This document shows, piece after piece, positions 23,047 to 33,616 of a stretch of 64,000 nucleotides of DNA (position 1 is the stretch's first letter; every line of letters starts with the position of its first letter). The stretch comes from Schizochytrium sp. TIO01 (Eukaryota > Protista > Bigyra: Labyrinthulomycetes). Under the pieces are notes generated by a model. That model was given only the letters and a program-made list of their open reading frames with translations, was not told the origin of the DNA and ran no database searches. The stretch lies in contig SMSO01000007.1 in the NCBI GenBank assembly GCA_004764695.1, positions 186,001 through 250,000 on the forward strand, written 5' to 3'. The position numbers and the translations under genes were made by a program.

Positions 23047-25152
23047 ATGAGCAGCGGAGAAGCAGAAATTCCGAGCAATGACAGTGCGAAGTCCAAGGGG
23101 CTCTTGAAATGGCGCGAAATAAGCGATGACGAGAGTGACTCAGGTTCGTTGTCAGACGATGAGCAGGAAGAGCCGGGACCAAATCTACAGCTCACAGGAG
23201 CGTCGAGCTCGTGTACTCAAGCCCAAGAAGATGACAGCGAAGATAAAAGGGTTCCACAAGTTGCAGAGTCTAAGTCCGAATCTGCAAAAGAAAAGCACAA
23301 TCATGGAGAAATACCGTACAATGGCTGTGACAACCAAGCAGATAGCAGCGGCCCTGCAGATGAAGCTGGTGACGGCAAGGTGGGGAACAACGCAGCTGAG
23401 AGAGAGACTCCTGGCCCAAGCAACATAGCAAAGATGGCTGAGGGTCCCCAAGATCAACGTGAATTGCCCAAATTGGTGAAGAATGCAAAATCTATGCTTA
23501 AGATAATTACCCAGTATATGTCTGATAAGTATCGTAAGCCAGACCCTCCTTTGGTTATAAAAGTCGATTTTTTCGAGACTCGCAACGGGCAAAGGGGCAC
23601 GAGACTAGAACTGAATGATGAACCTGTCTCGAAAGAAAACATCAGACATGGACCTGGACAAATCTGGAGTAGTATCAAGGCCCTCGTTTCTGGAATGAAC
23701 GTTGACGAAGATACAAGAATAGAAGCACTCAACGAAGTCCTTGCCGCGGACGACTGGAAGTTTAAAATCGAGAACTTTAGGGAATGTGAAGGGAGAGAAG
23801 ACCATCTGATTGCGTCGTTTGAGATTCACTCAACTGACCAAGCATCTTACAGAAAACGGCACTTGCTTGATACTAAACATGCTCAGAACGAATCGAATGA
23901 AAACGAAGGAGAGGCTTCAGATTGTGAGGACGCAGAACATACGGCCTTGGATGATGAGGTCTCAGATGAGGCTTCGGATAGTGATGATGGGGCTTCGAAT
24001 GATGAGGACTCAGATGATGCAAAGGATCGAAATTCGCGTCGCCGCTCAACCCGTCTTCAGAAACAAACCTCAATTAGTCATAACAATGAGCGCTGTCGCA
24101 GTTCTAAACGCAAACAGGAAGCAGATGAGGACGCAGATGATCAGGACGCAGATGATCAGGGATCAGATGATCGGGACACAGATGATGGAAATACAGATGA
24201 TGAGGACTCAAATGATGCAAATGATCAAGATGCGCCCCTCCGCTCAACCCATCTTCAGAAACGAACCTCAATCAATCATAACAATGAGCACTGTCGTGGT
24301 TCTAAACTCAACCGAGGAACAGGTGCCGATGTAGACGATGCAAAGGATCGAAATTCGCGCCGCCGCTCAGCCCGTCTTCAGAAACAAACCTCAATTAATC
24401 ATAACACTGAGCACTGTCGCGGTTCTAAACGCAAACAGAAAGCAGATGAGGACTCAAATGAGGATCAGGATTCGCTCCGCCGCTCAAGCCGTCGCCAGAC
24501 GCAAACCTCATTTTATCATAACACTGAGCATTGTCACGGTTCTCAACACAAACGAAAAACGGATGCTGAAATCGGCACTTTGTCCAAGAAGGCTCAAACC
24601 CAATTCGTCAATAGCAGTAGCTGCAGCGTTGAGAACTCCGCGAGCACTAGTCGTAATGGTAGTGATTGTCCGAACATCAGCAACCAGAGTAATAGCAATG
24701 GCGAGAGCAACAGTTGTAGTATGGGTAGCAACGCAAGCAACTCGAACCAACGTGATACAACTGCTATAAATACAACTACGTCTGACACACCCTCAATCGA
24801 AGCTGCTCAAAACAATACTGCAAACGGAGATACTGATTGGAGAAAATTCAAAATGGTCTACAAATCGTTTCCTAAAGATGCGAAGCTTCAGTCAGCAAAA
24901 GAAATGCTCAGAAAAGTAAAACACGAAGATGTTGTTAGGAAAATACTACGATTGTTGATAGAAGACGAAGATCGTGAGTATTTAATGTCTCAGCTGATAA
25001 AGGAGCTTTTCGTAGAAATAGGTGGAGAAGATATTGTCGAGAAAATACTCGGATTGTTGAACGAGATGGATTACGGTGATAAAAAACGTTTCGAGCACAA
25101 GCTCATAATGAATGCCTTCATGGACTATCAAAACACTATATGCACCAACTGA
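23047..25152 (+). CDS. Uncharacterised acidic/low-complexity protein, array copy B (four RRSxRL/HNxEHC repeats)
   Basis: Intact ~700-codon ORF, paralogous to copies A and C; indels among copies preserve the frame. Confidence 0.8.
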   Translation: MSSGEAEIPSNDSAKSKGLLKWREISDDESDSGSLSDDEQEEPGPNLQLTGASSSCTQAQEDDSEDKRVPQVAESKSESAKEKHNHGEIPYNGCDNQADSSGPADEAGDGKVGNNAAERETPGPSNIAKMAEGPQDQRELPKLVKNAKSMLKIITQYMSDKYRKPDPPLVIKVDFFETRNGQRGTRLELNDEPVSKENIRHGPGQIWSSIKALVSGMNVDEDTRIEALNEVLAADDWKFKIENFRECEGREDHLIASFEIHSTDQASYRKRHLLDTKHAQNESNENEGEASDCEDAEHTALDDEVSDEASDSDDGASNDEDSDDAKDRNSRRRSTRLQKQTSISHNNERCRSSKRKQEADEDADDQDADDQGSDDRDTDDGNTDDEDSNDANDQDAPLRSTHLQKRTSINHNNEHCRGSKLNRGTGADVDDAKDRNSRRRSARLQKQTSINHNTEHCRGSKRKQKADEDSNEDQDSLRRSSRRQTQTSFYHNTEHCHGSQHKRKTDAEIGTLSKKAQTQFVNSSSCSVENSASTSRNGSDCPNISNQSNSNGESNSCSMGSNASNSNQRDTTAINTTTSDTPSIEAAQNNTANGDTDWRKFKMVYKSFPKDAKLQSAKEMLRKVKHEDVVRKILRLLIEDEDREYLMSQLIKELFVEIGGEDIVEKILGLLNEMDYGDKKRFEHKLIMNAFMDYQNTICTN

Positions 25153-28100
25153 CCTTGGAAATAGCTACAAATGACAACAAACTAAAAGCATAAATAGGCT
25201 ATATCTTCTTCAACAGAAGTACATTATTTTCATTAATTATGTTATCGATGGATTTTCTCATTTTTACTTTTTGAACTTTGTTGAAACCTTTGAAAATGAG
25301 CAAAAAGGAAAATACCAAACTAGCCAGCCAGCCTTTCTACAGCTCACCATTAGTACATCACGCAAAGTCATGGAACATAGAAGTCATTAGACTCAAGCTT
25401 CATTATACTCAATCACACAGCCCTTGATGCATGCGACTATCTGCTATGAGGCATTCATTTCAACCGGATTGAATCGATCCAATCAGCACACTGAAAATCA
25501 AATTCAGAACAGTTTGAAGTTGAAAGAAAGATTCGATGTACGATCAACTTAGAATCATTCATCTTCATGATCATTTGAATTAGGAGATGGTGAAAGTGAG
25601 ACTTGAAAGCTATAGGAGCCTGTTCATCTGAGAACCGAAATTTAGACTGCAAGAATTCTTGCTCTCTGGTAACTATAAGTTTATTTATTGATAGCACAAC
25701 ATGGAGTTGGATAGATATCCGTAACGGGGGCGACCAATTTCGAGTCTGATAGTTTTGATCTATCAATTTCTATATCTTGTATCGATAAACTTCAATGGCA
25801 TGGTATGGCATGGCATGGCATGATATATTTTTTGAAAGTTGGACATCACCCAAAAGACTCTAGTAGATATTCAATGACTAGATTACTATTGTACACACTA
25901 GTCTCGATCTATCGCCCTCGACTTGCTGGACTACTCGAAAATAAATGTTTCCAGTTAGACAGAACCTTTGAACTGGAATTTAAAGATAGTATTGCCTCGG
26001 GTTAGGATGAGTTTGTTGGCATGAAATAAGTTCTTGACTTGTGGTAGTATCATTAAGTTTTGTAAGCTGTGGCGCATCGAAAATTCAGCTACTGCGATTG
26101 AAATGGGGCTTATGTAGGATTAGGATTTGATATAATAAAGAGGCATCCTGACTTCAAGGAATGCACTTAACCTATACTAAATATGTATGTATAGATTGTC
26201 CGAAATAGTGTGATGTAAAAAAAGTGAATGATAGGGAGTTTGGATAGAAAAGTATTTTTTGGTTTCAGTTATTGGCTTGAAAACTTAGTTACTTCATAAG
26301 GGAATAATCAATTAAGGAAAACAAGCAATCTTGAGTAAGCTCTCAAAATGTTTGGGACGAAGTAGAAGAGATGGCGTCAAGTTTTAAGTTGCTCGATAAT
26401 AAATAGAAACACAGAACATCTACATTTTACCTATCGAAGCGAGTTAATAAAAAAAGACGATTTAAAGAACTCACTTTAGAACCTATATCCGAAGTATTTT
26501 AATAAAGGGGTATACCCCTCAAATACGGATTCTACTATAAATCGAGAGGTGATTCAAACGAGCTTCTGAAATTCAGTTGATAATATAGTCCCAGCCTCCC
26601 TTTGAGCTTTATCTACAATCTGAGTAAGATGATATGAACTGAGCCTCGTCTGCATCGTTCTTGTGGATAGTTTGGAGTCGATACACTACTAGCTGCGCGT
26701 GAATCATATAGAGGGAAAGTTAGGAGGCCTCTCTTTATAGGCTTTCCTTCTGAGTTTGTTGACGTATATTAACCGCAGAGTCTAAAACAACGCAGTTTGA
26801 GAGGTGCTATTATTTTGTTTGTGAGGTCCGGATCGTAAATTCTCAGTAGCGTGAAGTAGATTTCGATGGAGATGAATGGCTTTGTGAGCACATCGCACGT
26901 TGGAGTAGACCAAGTAGGGGTTAAGGGGTCAACAAATGAATTTGAAATTCCATGTTTCGTTCTAGGACCCTCCATCCACCCTCCGTACTAACTCAGAGTA
27001 CTTCTATGGGCAGTTTTTTTTTTTTTTTTCCCACTTGCTGTCTACTATGGACTGCTTAAAAGCAATGTAGCCGTGGTCCGGTAATTGTTGCAACGCTCCA
27101 ACGAGAATTTTGACCGAATTTGTTATGACGTCATGTGTTGGGGTTAAAACGTTTTCCGATTAAAGGACAATTGAAAAATAAATATGTGCAGTTTTTGACT
27201 ACGCAGGCCAAATTGCAACCACCAGGGCGGGCGGAAAAGTGGTAGTGATGCGACATCGATTTGAACATTTTATTGTATACCCCTGTTAGTCAGTTCCCCG
27301 TGTTCCTGCAGGGTGTCTGCCCACTGACCGACTCAGTAAGTGCATTTTATGTATAAAAAGGAACGTCGCAATGATTTCGACTATCCGATATACGAACCTC
27401 TATTTTGTTTTATATTTGAGAGGAAATTCCCCTCTGACCTCCTACCTGCCCTACCCACCTACGTACGTACCTCCATAAACCTATGCGCAAAACTCTTAAA
27501 GGAAGTGTTCCACTGAGAGGGCTCGAGAGTTCTTCAGTTCAGAGTCGCTCTCAGAAATATCCAGTTACTCTTCTTTTTAAAAGTGTTTTTTTAATCTTGA
27601 GAGCAGGGTAGAAAATGCTAACTGGAAGCTTGTTTTTTCTTTTTTTAATTAAAAACCTTGACCGGAGAATGATGAATACGAGGGAAACATTACTAAGACT
27701 CTACGTCCTCCACAATACGAAAAGATGGACGTCCTTACAGTCATTTGATTGTTCCGAAAGTCTGAACCTATAGCAACAGGAGCATATCTCGGCACAGTCT
27801 CAGAGATGAATAGTGGTCGACCTCTCTACTGTAGTTTGGCAGACACCTCATGCCATCCCCTATATAACTAAGTTCTGTTCGCAATACATACGCACCATCT
27901 TATAGATAAGAGATTTAATACAGTGTCGTGCTATTATCAGAAGACGTTGCGCTTTAAAGTGGAACTGTTTGGATCATGCCGTATAAGCTTTAGGAGGGAA
28001 AATCGCCATCAGAAGTATCAAAATAGATCAATCATACTCAAAACTGGTAAGGTGTTTTTGAGTACTTAAAAAGGAAGAGCCAGAGCAAACCAATTTTGCC

Positions 28101-28404
28101 AATTAGATATTTGAGTACTAGGTAAAACATAATAATTCGATTTTTTACTTGAAAAAGATTTTAAAAACGAAGAATCACAGTTTTGAGGGCTTTTAGTTTG
28201 GAAGTTTGGGGAAGAGTATTTTAAGATTAATATTTAATTGAGAGAGGGAAACCCAATTTGAAACTGATTTTTTAAACCTTTCGTCGCACAGTGTAAACAA
28301 CATGTAAAGAAAAGTATATAAGCCAAGCGAAACCAGAGCAGAACCAAAGCAGAACCAGATTGAGCTTGGGAAGACAGAGCATAAGCATCACGGTTACCGA
28401 GAGC

Positions 28405-30255
28405 ATGGAAAAAGCAGGAGGTTCAAGCAACAACAAGGAGAAGTCCAAACCATTCGTCGATTTGTGCTACCTAAGCGACAGCGATAGCGATGACGACCAC
28501 GACGAGGGTAACACGGAATTCCACGACTCCTCTGACCCGCTAAAACATGAGCAAGACGAACCGGGACCATCTTTGCAGCGTACAGGAGCGTCGAGCTCAT
28601 GTAATCAAGCCCAAGAAGATGACAGCGAAGATAAAAGGGTTCCACAAGTTGCAGAGTCTAGGTCCGAATCTGCAAAAGAAAAGCACAACCATGGAGAAAC
28701 ACCATACAATGGCTGTGACAACGAAGCAGATAGCAGCGGCCCTGCAGATGAAGCTGGTGACGGCAAGGTGGGGAACAACGCAGCTGAGAGAGAGACTCCT
28801 GGCCCAAGCAACATAGCAAAGATGGCTGAGGGTCCCCAAGATCAACGTGAATTGCCCAAATTGGTGAAAAATGCAAAATCTATGCTTAAGATAATTACCC
28901 AGTATATGTCTGATAAGTATCGTAAGCCAGACCCTCCTTTGGTTATAAAAGTCGATTTTTTCGAGACTCGCAACGGGCAAAGGGGCACGAGACTAGAACT
29001 GGATAATAAACATGTCTCGAAACTAAACATCGGACATGGACCTGGACAAATCTGGAGTAGTATCAAGGCCCTCGTTTCTGGAATGAACGTTGACGAAGAT
29101 ACAAGAATAGAAGCACTCAACGAAGTCCTTGCCGCGGACGACTGGAAGTTTAAAATCGAGAACTTTAGGGAATGTGAAGGGAGAGAAGACCATCTGATTG
29201 CATCGTTTGAGATTCACTCAACTGAACAAGCATCTTACAGAAAACGGCACTTGCTTGATACTAAACATGCTCAGAACGAATCGAATGAAAACGAAGGAGA
29301 GGCTTCAGATTGTGGGGACGCAGAACATACGGCCTTAGATGATGAGGTCTCAGATGAGGCTTCGGATAGTGATGATGGGGCTTCGGATTATGAGGATTCA
29401 GATGATGGGGCTTCGAATGATGAGGACTCAGATGATGCAAAGGATCGAAATTCGCGCCGCCGCTCAGCCCGTCTTCAGAAACAAACCTCAATTAATCATA
29501 ACAATGAGCACTGTCGCGGTTCTAAACGCAAACAGAAAGCAGATGAGGATGAAGATGATGCAAAGGATCGAAATTTGCGCCCCCGCTCAACCCGTCTCCA
29601 GACGCAAACCTCAATTGATCATAACACTGAGCACTGTCACAGTTCTCAACACAAACGAAAAACGGATGCTGGTATCGGCACTTTGTCCAAGAAGGCTCAA
29701 ACCCAATTCGTCAATAGCAGTAGCTGCAGCGTTGAGAACTCCGCGAGCACTAGTCGTAATGGTAGTGATTGTCCGAACATCAGCAACCAGAGTAATAGCA
29801 ATGGCGAGAGCAACAGTTGTAGTATGGGTAGCAACGCAAGCAACTCGAACCAACGTGATACAACTGCTATAAATACAACTACGTCTGACACACCCTCAAT
29901 CGAAGCTGCTCAAAACAATACTGCAAACGGAGATACTGATTGGAGAAAATTCAAAATGGTCTACAAATCGTTTCCTAAAGATGCGAAGCTTCAGTCAGCA
30001 AAAGAAATGCTCAGAAAAGTAAAACACGAAGATGTTGTTAGGAAAATACTACGATTGTTGATAGAAGACGAAGATCGTGAGTATTTAATGTCTCAGCTGA
30101 TAAAGGAGCTTTTCGTAGAAATAGGTGGAGAAGATATTGTCGAGAAAATACTCGGATTGTTGAACGAGATGGATTACGGTGATAAAAAACGTTTCGAGCA
30201 CAAGCTCATAATGAATGCCTTCATGGACTATCAAAACACTATATGCACCAACTGA
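28405..30255 (+). CDS. Uncharacterised acidic/low-complexity protein, array copy C (A-like N-terminus, B-like remainder, two repeats)
   Basis: Intact ~616-codon ORF. C-terminal ~190 aa read identical to copy B. TATA-like TATATAAG lies ~85 nt upstream of the ATG. Confidence 0.8.
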   Translation: MEKAGGSSNNKEKSKPFVDLCYLSDSDSDDDHDEGNTEFHDSSDPLKHEQDEPGPSLQRTGASSSCNQAQEDDSEDKRVPQVAESRSESAKEKHNHGETPYNGCDNEADSSGPADEAGDGKVGNNAAERETPGPSNIAKMAEGPQDQRELPKLVKNAKSMLKIITQYMSDKYRKPDPPLVIKVDFFETRNGQRGTRLELDNKHVSKLNIGHGPGQIWSSIKALVSGMNVDEDTRIEALNEVLAADDWKFKIENFRECEGREDHLIASFEIHSTEQASYRKRHLLDTKHAQNESNENEGEASDCGDAEHTALDDEVSDEASDSDDGASDYEDSDDGASNDEDSDDAKDRNSRRRSARLQKQTSINHNNEHCRGSKRKQKADEDEDDAKDRNLRPRSTRLQTQTSIDHNTEHCHSSQHKRKTDAGIGTLSKKAQTQFVNSSSCSVENSASTSRNGSDCPNISNQSNSNGESNSCSMGSNASNSNQRDTTAINTTTSDTPSIEAAQNNTANGDTDWRKFKMVYKSFPKDAKLQSAKEMLRKVKHEDVVRKILRLLIEDEDREYLMSQLIKELFVEIGGEDIVEKILGLLNEMDYGDKKRFEHKLIMNAFMDYQNTICTN

Positions 30256-31583
30256 CCTTGGAAATAGCTACAAATGACAACAAACTAAAAGCATAAATAG
30301 GCTATATCTTCTTCAACAGAAGTACATTATTTTCATTAATTATGTTATCGATGGATTTTCTCATTTTTACTTTTTGAACTTTGTTGAAACCTTTGAAAAT
30401 GAGCAAAAAGGAAAATACCAAACTAGCCAGCCAGCCTTTCTACAGCTCACCATTAGTACATCACGCAAAGTCATGGAACATAGAAGTCATTAGACTCAAG
30501 CTTCATTATACTCAATCACACAGCCCTTGATGCATGCGACTATCTGCTATGAGGCATTCATTTCAACCGGATTGAATCGATCCAATCAGCACACTGAAAA
30601 TCAAATTCAGAACAGTTTGAAGTTGAAAGAAAGATTCGATGTACGATCAACTTAGAATCATTCATCTTCATGATCATTTGAATTAGGAGATGGTGAAAGT
30701 GAGACTTGAAAGCTATAGGAGCCTGTTCATCTGAGAACCGAAATTTAGACTGCAAGAATTCTTGCTCTCTGGTAACTATAAGTTTATTTATTGATAGCAC
30801 AACATGGAGTTGGATAGATATCCGTAACGGGGGCGACCAATTTCGAGTCTGATAGTTTTGATCTATCAATTTCTATATCTTGTATCGATAAACTTCAATG
30901 GCATGGTATGGCATGGCATGGCATGATATATTTTTTGAAAGTTGGACATCACCCAAAAGACTCTAGTAGATATTCAATGACTAGATTACTATTGTACACA
31001 CTAGTCTCGATCTATCGCCCTCGACTTGCTGGACTACTCGAAAATAAATGTTTCCAGTTAGACAGAACCTTTGAACTGGAATTTAAAGATAGTATTGCCT
31101 CGGGCTAGGATGAGTTTGTTGGCATGAAATAAGTTCTTGACTTGTGGTAGTATCATTAAGTTTTGTAAGCTGTGGCGCATCGAAAATTCGGCTACTGCGA
31201 TTGAAATGGGGCTTATGTAGGATCAGGATCTGGTATTATAAAGAGGCATCCTGACTTCAAGGAATGCACTTAACCTATACTAAATATGTATGTATAGATT
31301 GTCCGAAATAGTGTGATGCAAAAGAAGTGAATGATAGGGAGTTTGGATAGAAAAGTATTTTTTGGTTTCAGTTATTGGCTTGAAAACTTAGTTACTTCAT
31401 AAGGGAATAATCAATTAAGGAAAACAAGCAATCTTGAGTAAGCTCTCAAAATGTTTGGGGCGAAGTAGAAGAGATGGCGTCAAGTTTTAAGTTGCTCGAT
31501 AATAAATAGAAGTACAGAACATCTACATCTTTCCTGGTCAACCGAATCAAAAAAGACAATTTGAAGTTCTTGATCTGGAACAT

Positions 31584-32030
31584 TTATCCGATGTATCTTG
31601 ATAAAGGGACACCCCCAAAAATAACGATTATACTATAAATTGTGAGGTGATTCAAAGCATGTTTTGAATTGAAGTTGATACAAATATGATGTAGTTCCAG
31701 CCTCCCTTTGAGCTTTATCTGGAATCCGAGTAAGATGATATGAACTGAGCTTCGTCTGCCTCGTTCTTGTGGATAATTTGGAGTCGATACACTACTAGCT
31801 GCGCGTGAATCATATCGAGGGAAAGTTAGGAGGCCTCTCTTAATAGGCTTTCCTTCTGAGTTTGTTGACGTATACCAACCGCAGAGTCTAAAACAACACA
31901 GTTTGAGAGGTACTATTATTTTGTTTGTGAGTTCCGCATCGTAAATCCTCAGTAGCGTGAAGTAAATTTCGATGGAGATGAATGGCTTTGTGAGCACATC
32001 GCACGTTGGAGTAAACTAAGTAGGGATTAA
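31584..32030 (-). pseudogene. Decayed minus-strand ORF carried in the repeat unit (homologues at ~16540-17040 and ~26500-26975); product unknown
   Basis: Similar peptides (…IILLG[FL]QIKLKGRL…, LTKPFISIEIYFTLLRIYD…) in three copies, each broken by different stops or frameshifts. Coding origin uncertain. Confidence 0.3.
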
Positions 32031-32316
32031 GGGGTCAACAAATGAATTTGAAATTCCATGTTTCGTTCTAGGACCCTCCATCTACCCTCCGTACTGAGAA
32101 GTGATACAGATACGTCTTTATGATGTCGAGGCAGTTCAATAATATTCTCTTCTTGAGCAGTCAGGCTAAGAACAGAGTATGATGATTCATGAAGGAGAGG
32201 TTCAGCGTACCTATACACGCATATTTTTCTCCAGGTGCATATTGATATGTAACAAAACCAATGAGAACAAACGTGTTTTTAGGATAATTTAAGGAAACAT
32301 CCAATGACCTGTTGAA

Positions 32317-32509
32317 GTATATTAAAGTTACAAAGTGCTCCACCCTGTTCTTTTGACAATTAGAGTAAAGTGCAAATTACTACTTCCTTCAGCAGTGAAA
32401 GCGCACTTCAGAGCAACATCCAATAATATGTCCTAGTATATTAAAGTTACAAAGTACACCACCCTGTTCTTTTGACAATTAGAGTGAAGCCCAAATTATT
32501 ACTTCCTTC
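32317..32509. repeat. Direct repeat, ~74 bp x2 (period ~119 bp)
   Basis: GTATATTAAAGTTACAAAGT...CACCCTGTTCTTTTGACAATTAGAGT...ACTTCCTTC at 32317 and 32436. Confidence 0.85.
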
Positions 32510-33616
32510 TAGCTAGTTCAACTAAACTTTGAGAGTTGCCCTTCCATAAAGGTTTTTTCTCTAACAGCGAAGCGCTAAGTATAGCTACAGAACCTCTTTA
32601 CGACATGACTGTGCAAGGCTAAAAGGAATACCTCTTTGGACACCATAGCTCGATGGCGACACGATGGCATGGCGGTGACGTGTGTGGCGCTGCTCGAGAT
32701 GCCACCACGGAGCGGAGGGAACAAGGCAAAGCATCGAGGGGCGTTTGCAAAGCTACCGGGACAGCAGGCCCCATATTCAACAAGTAAGACAGACAACCCT
32801 TATCTCAATACTCAATACTCAGTTTTTAATTTTTTATTTTTTATTTTTTAAATTAAAATTAAATTAAATTAGTTTTAACTTACTTTAAAGAAAAGTTGGA
32901 AACTACGTCTACTAACAGTTCTTTAGGCAGTTCTATGATTTATTTTTTTCCATGGAAAAACAGAGAAATAAGTGGTCTAAGCCTCTTACAAGTGCTTCCG
33001 ACCAGCATTTTTACCTAGTCCGGTAAGAAAAAAAGTATACGACAAGGTGTATGAATCTATCTCTAACAAGTGTTGTAACGAGGTTAGTCGATCTTAGAGA
33101 CTACTGGACCACGTGTAAGCGATATTCTTAAGAGGTCTCGCGCTCTCAATAGAACAGACCTACCCGAGGTGACATTAGCCGATCAGACTTGCGCAATATA
33201 AACTATTGCTCCGGCGAAGACGCAGACCACCGCGACAGCGACTAGACAAACAAAGCTCACGCCGCTCGCGATCAGCTCGGCGCCGAACGGAGAGACCCAC
33301 CCTTCTCCGCTCTATCCTTGCGCGATCCGCTCTTGGGCGAGTGAAAGCAGGACCTTCACTCATTGGCCGAGACTTAAAAGAATTTGCGCAGGGCCGTCTG
33401 CGAATTAACTCGCACGCTCCCAGGCGCGATAGCTCGCACGCTCACAAGCGCGGCAGCTCGCAGAGTCACACACGCGGCAGCTTGCACGGCCATAAGCCAC
33501 ATTAGCTCGCACGCTCCCAGGCCCAAGCGCTCACTCCCTGGGCTAGAAAAAGCAAGCCTTTTATTTTCTTTAACCTTTGTTTGTCTTTCCGTTTCATACT
33601 AAGCGGTCTTATCAAA

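Larger units (their letters stand above)
16400..32095. repeat. Tandem segmental duplication array (~5-kb units: three gene copies plus a partial fourth upstream segment)
   Basis: 24571-26408 is near-identical to 29674-31511 (offset 5103). 23221-23990 is near-identical to 28609-29378 (offset 5388). 16400-18570 is homologous to 26265-28405, and 31368-32095 repeats the start of that upstream segment. Outer boundaries are approximate. Confidence 0.92.

Noticed and set aside
23810-24769. Met-rich alternative-frame ORFs (MMRTQMM...) overlapping the array genes, also at 19405-20124 and 29339-29872
   Set aside because: These are shifted-frame shadows of GAT-GAT/GAT-GAG acidic codons in the main ORF, with no independent support.
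25455-26005. Identical short ORFs repeated at 30558-31108
   Set aside because: Their identity is explained by the recent duplication; there are no motifs or other coding evidence.
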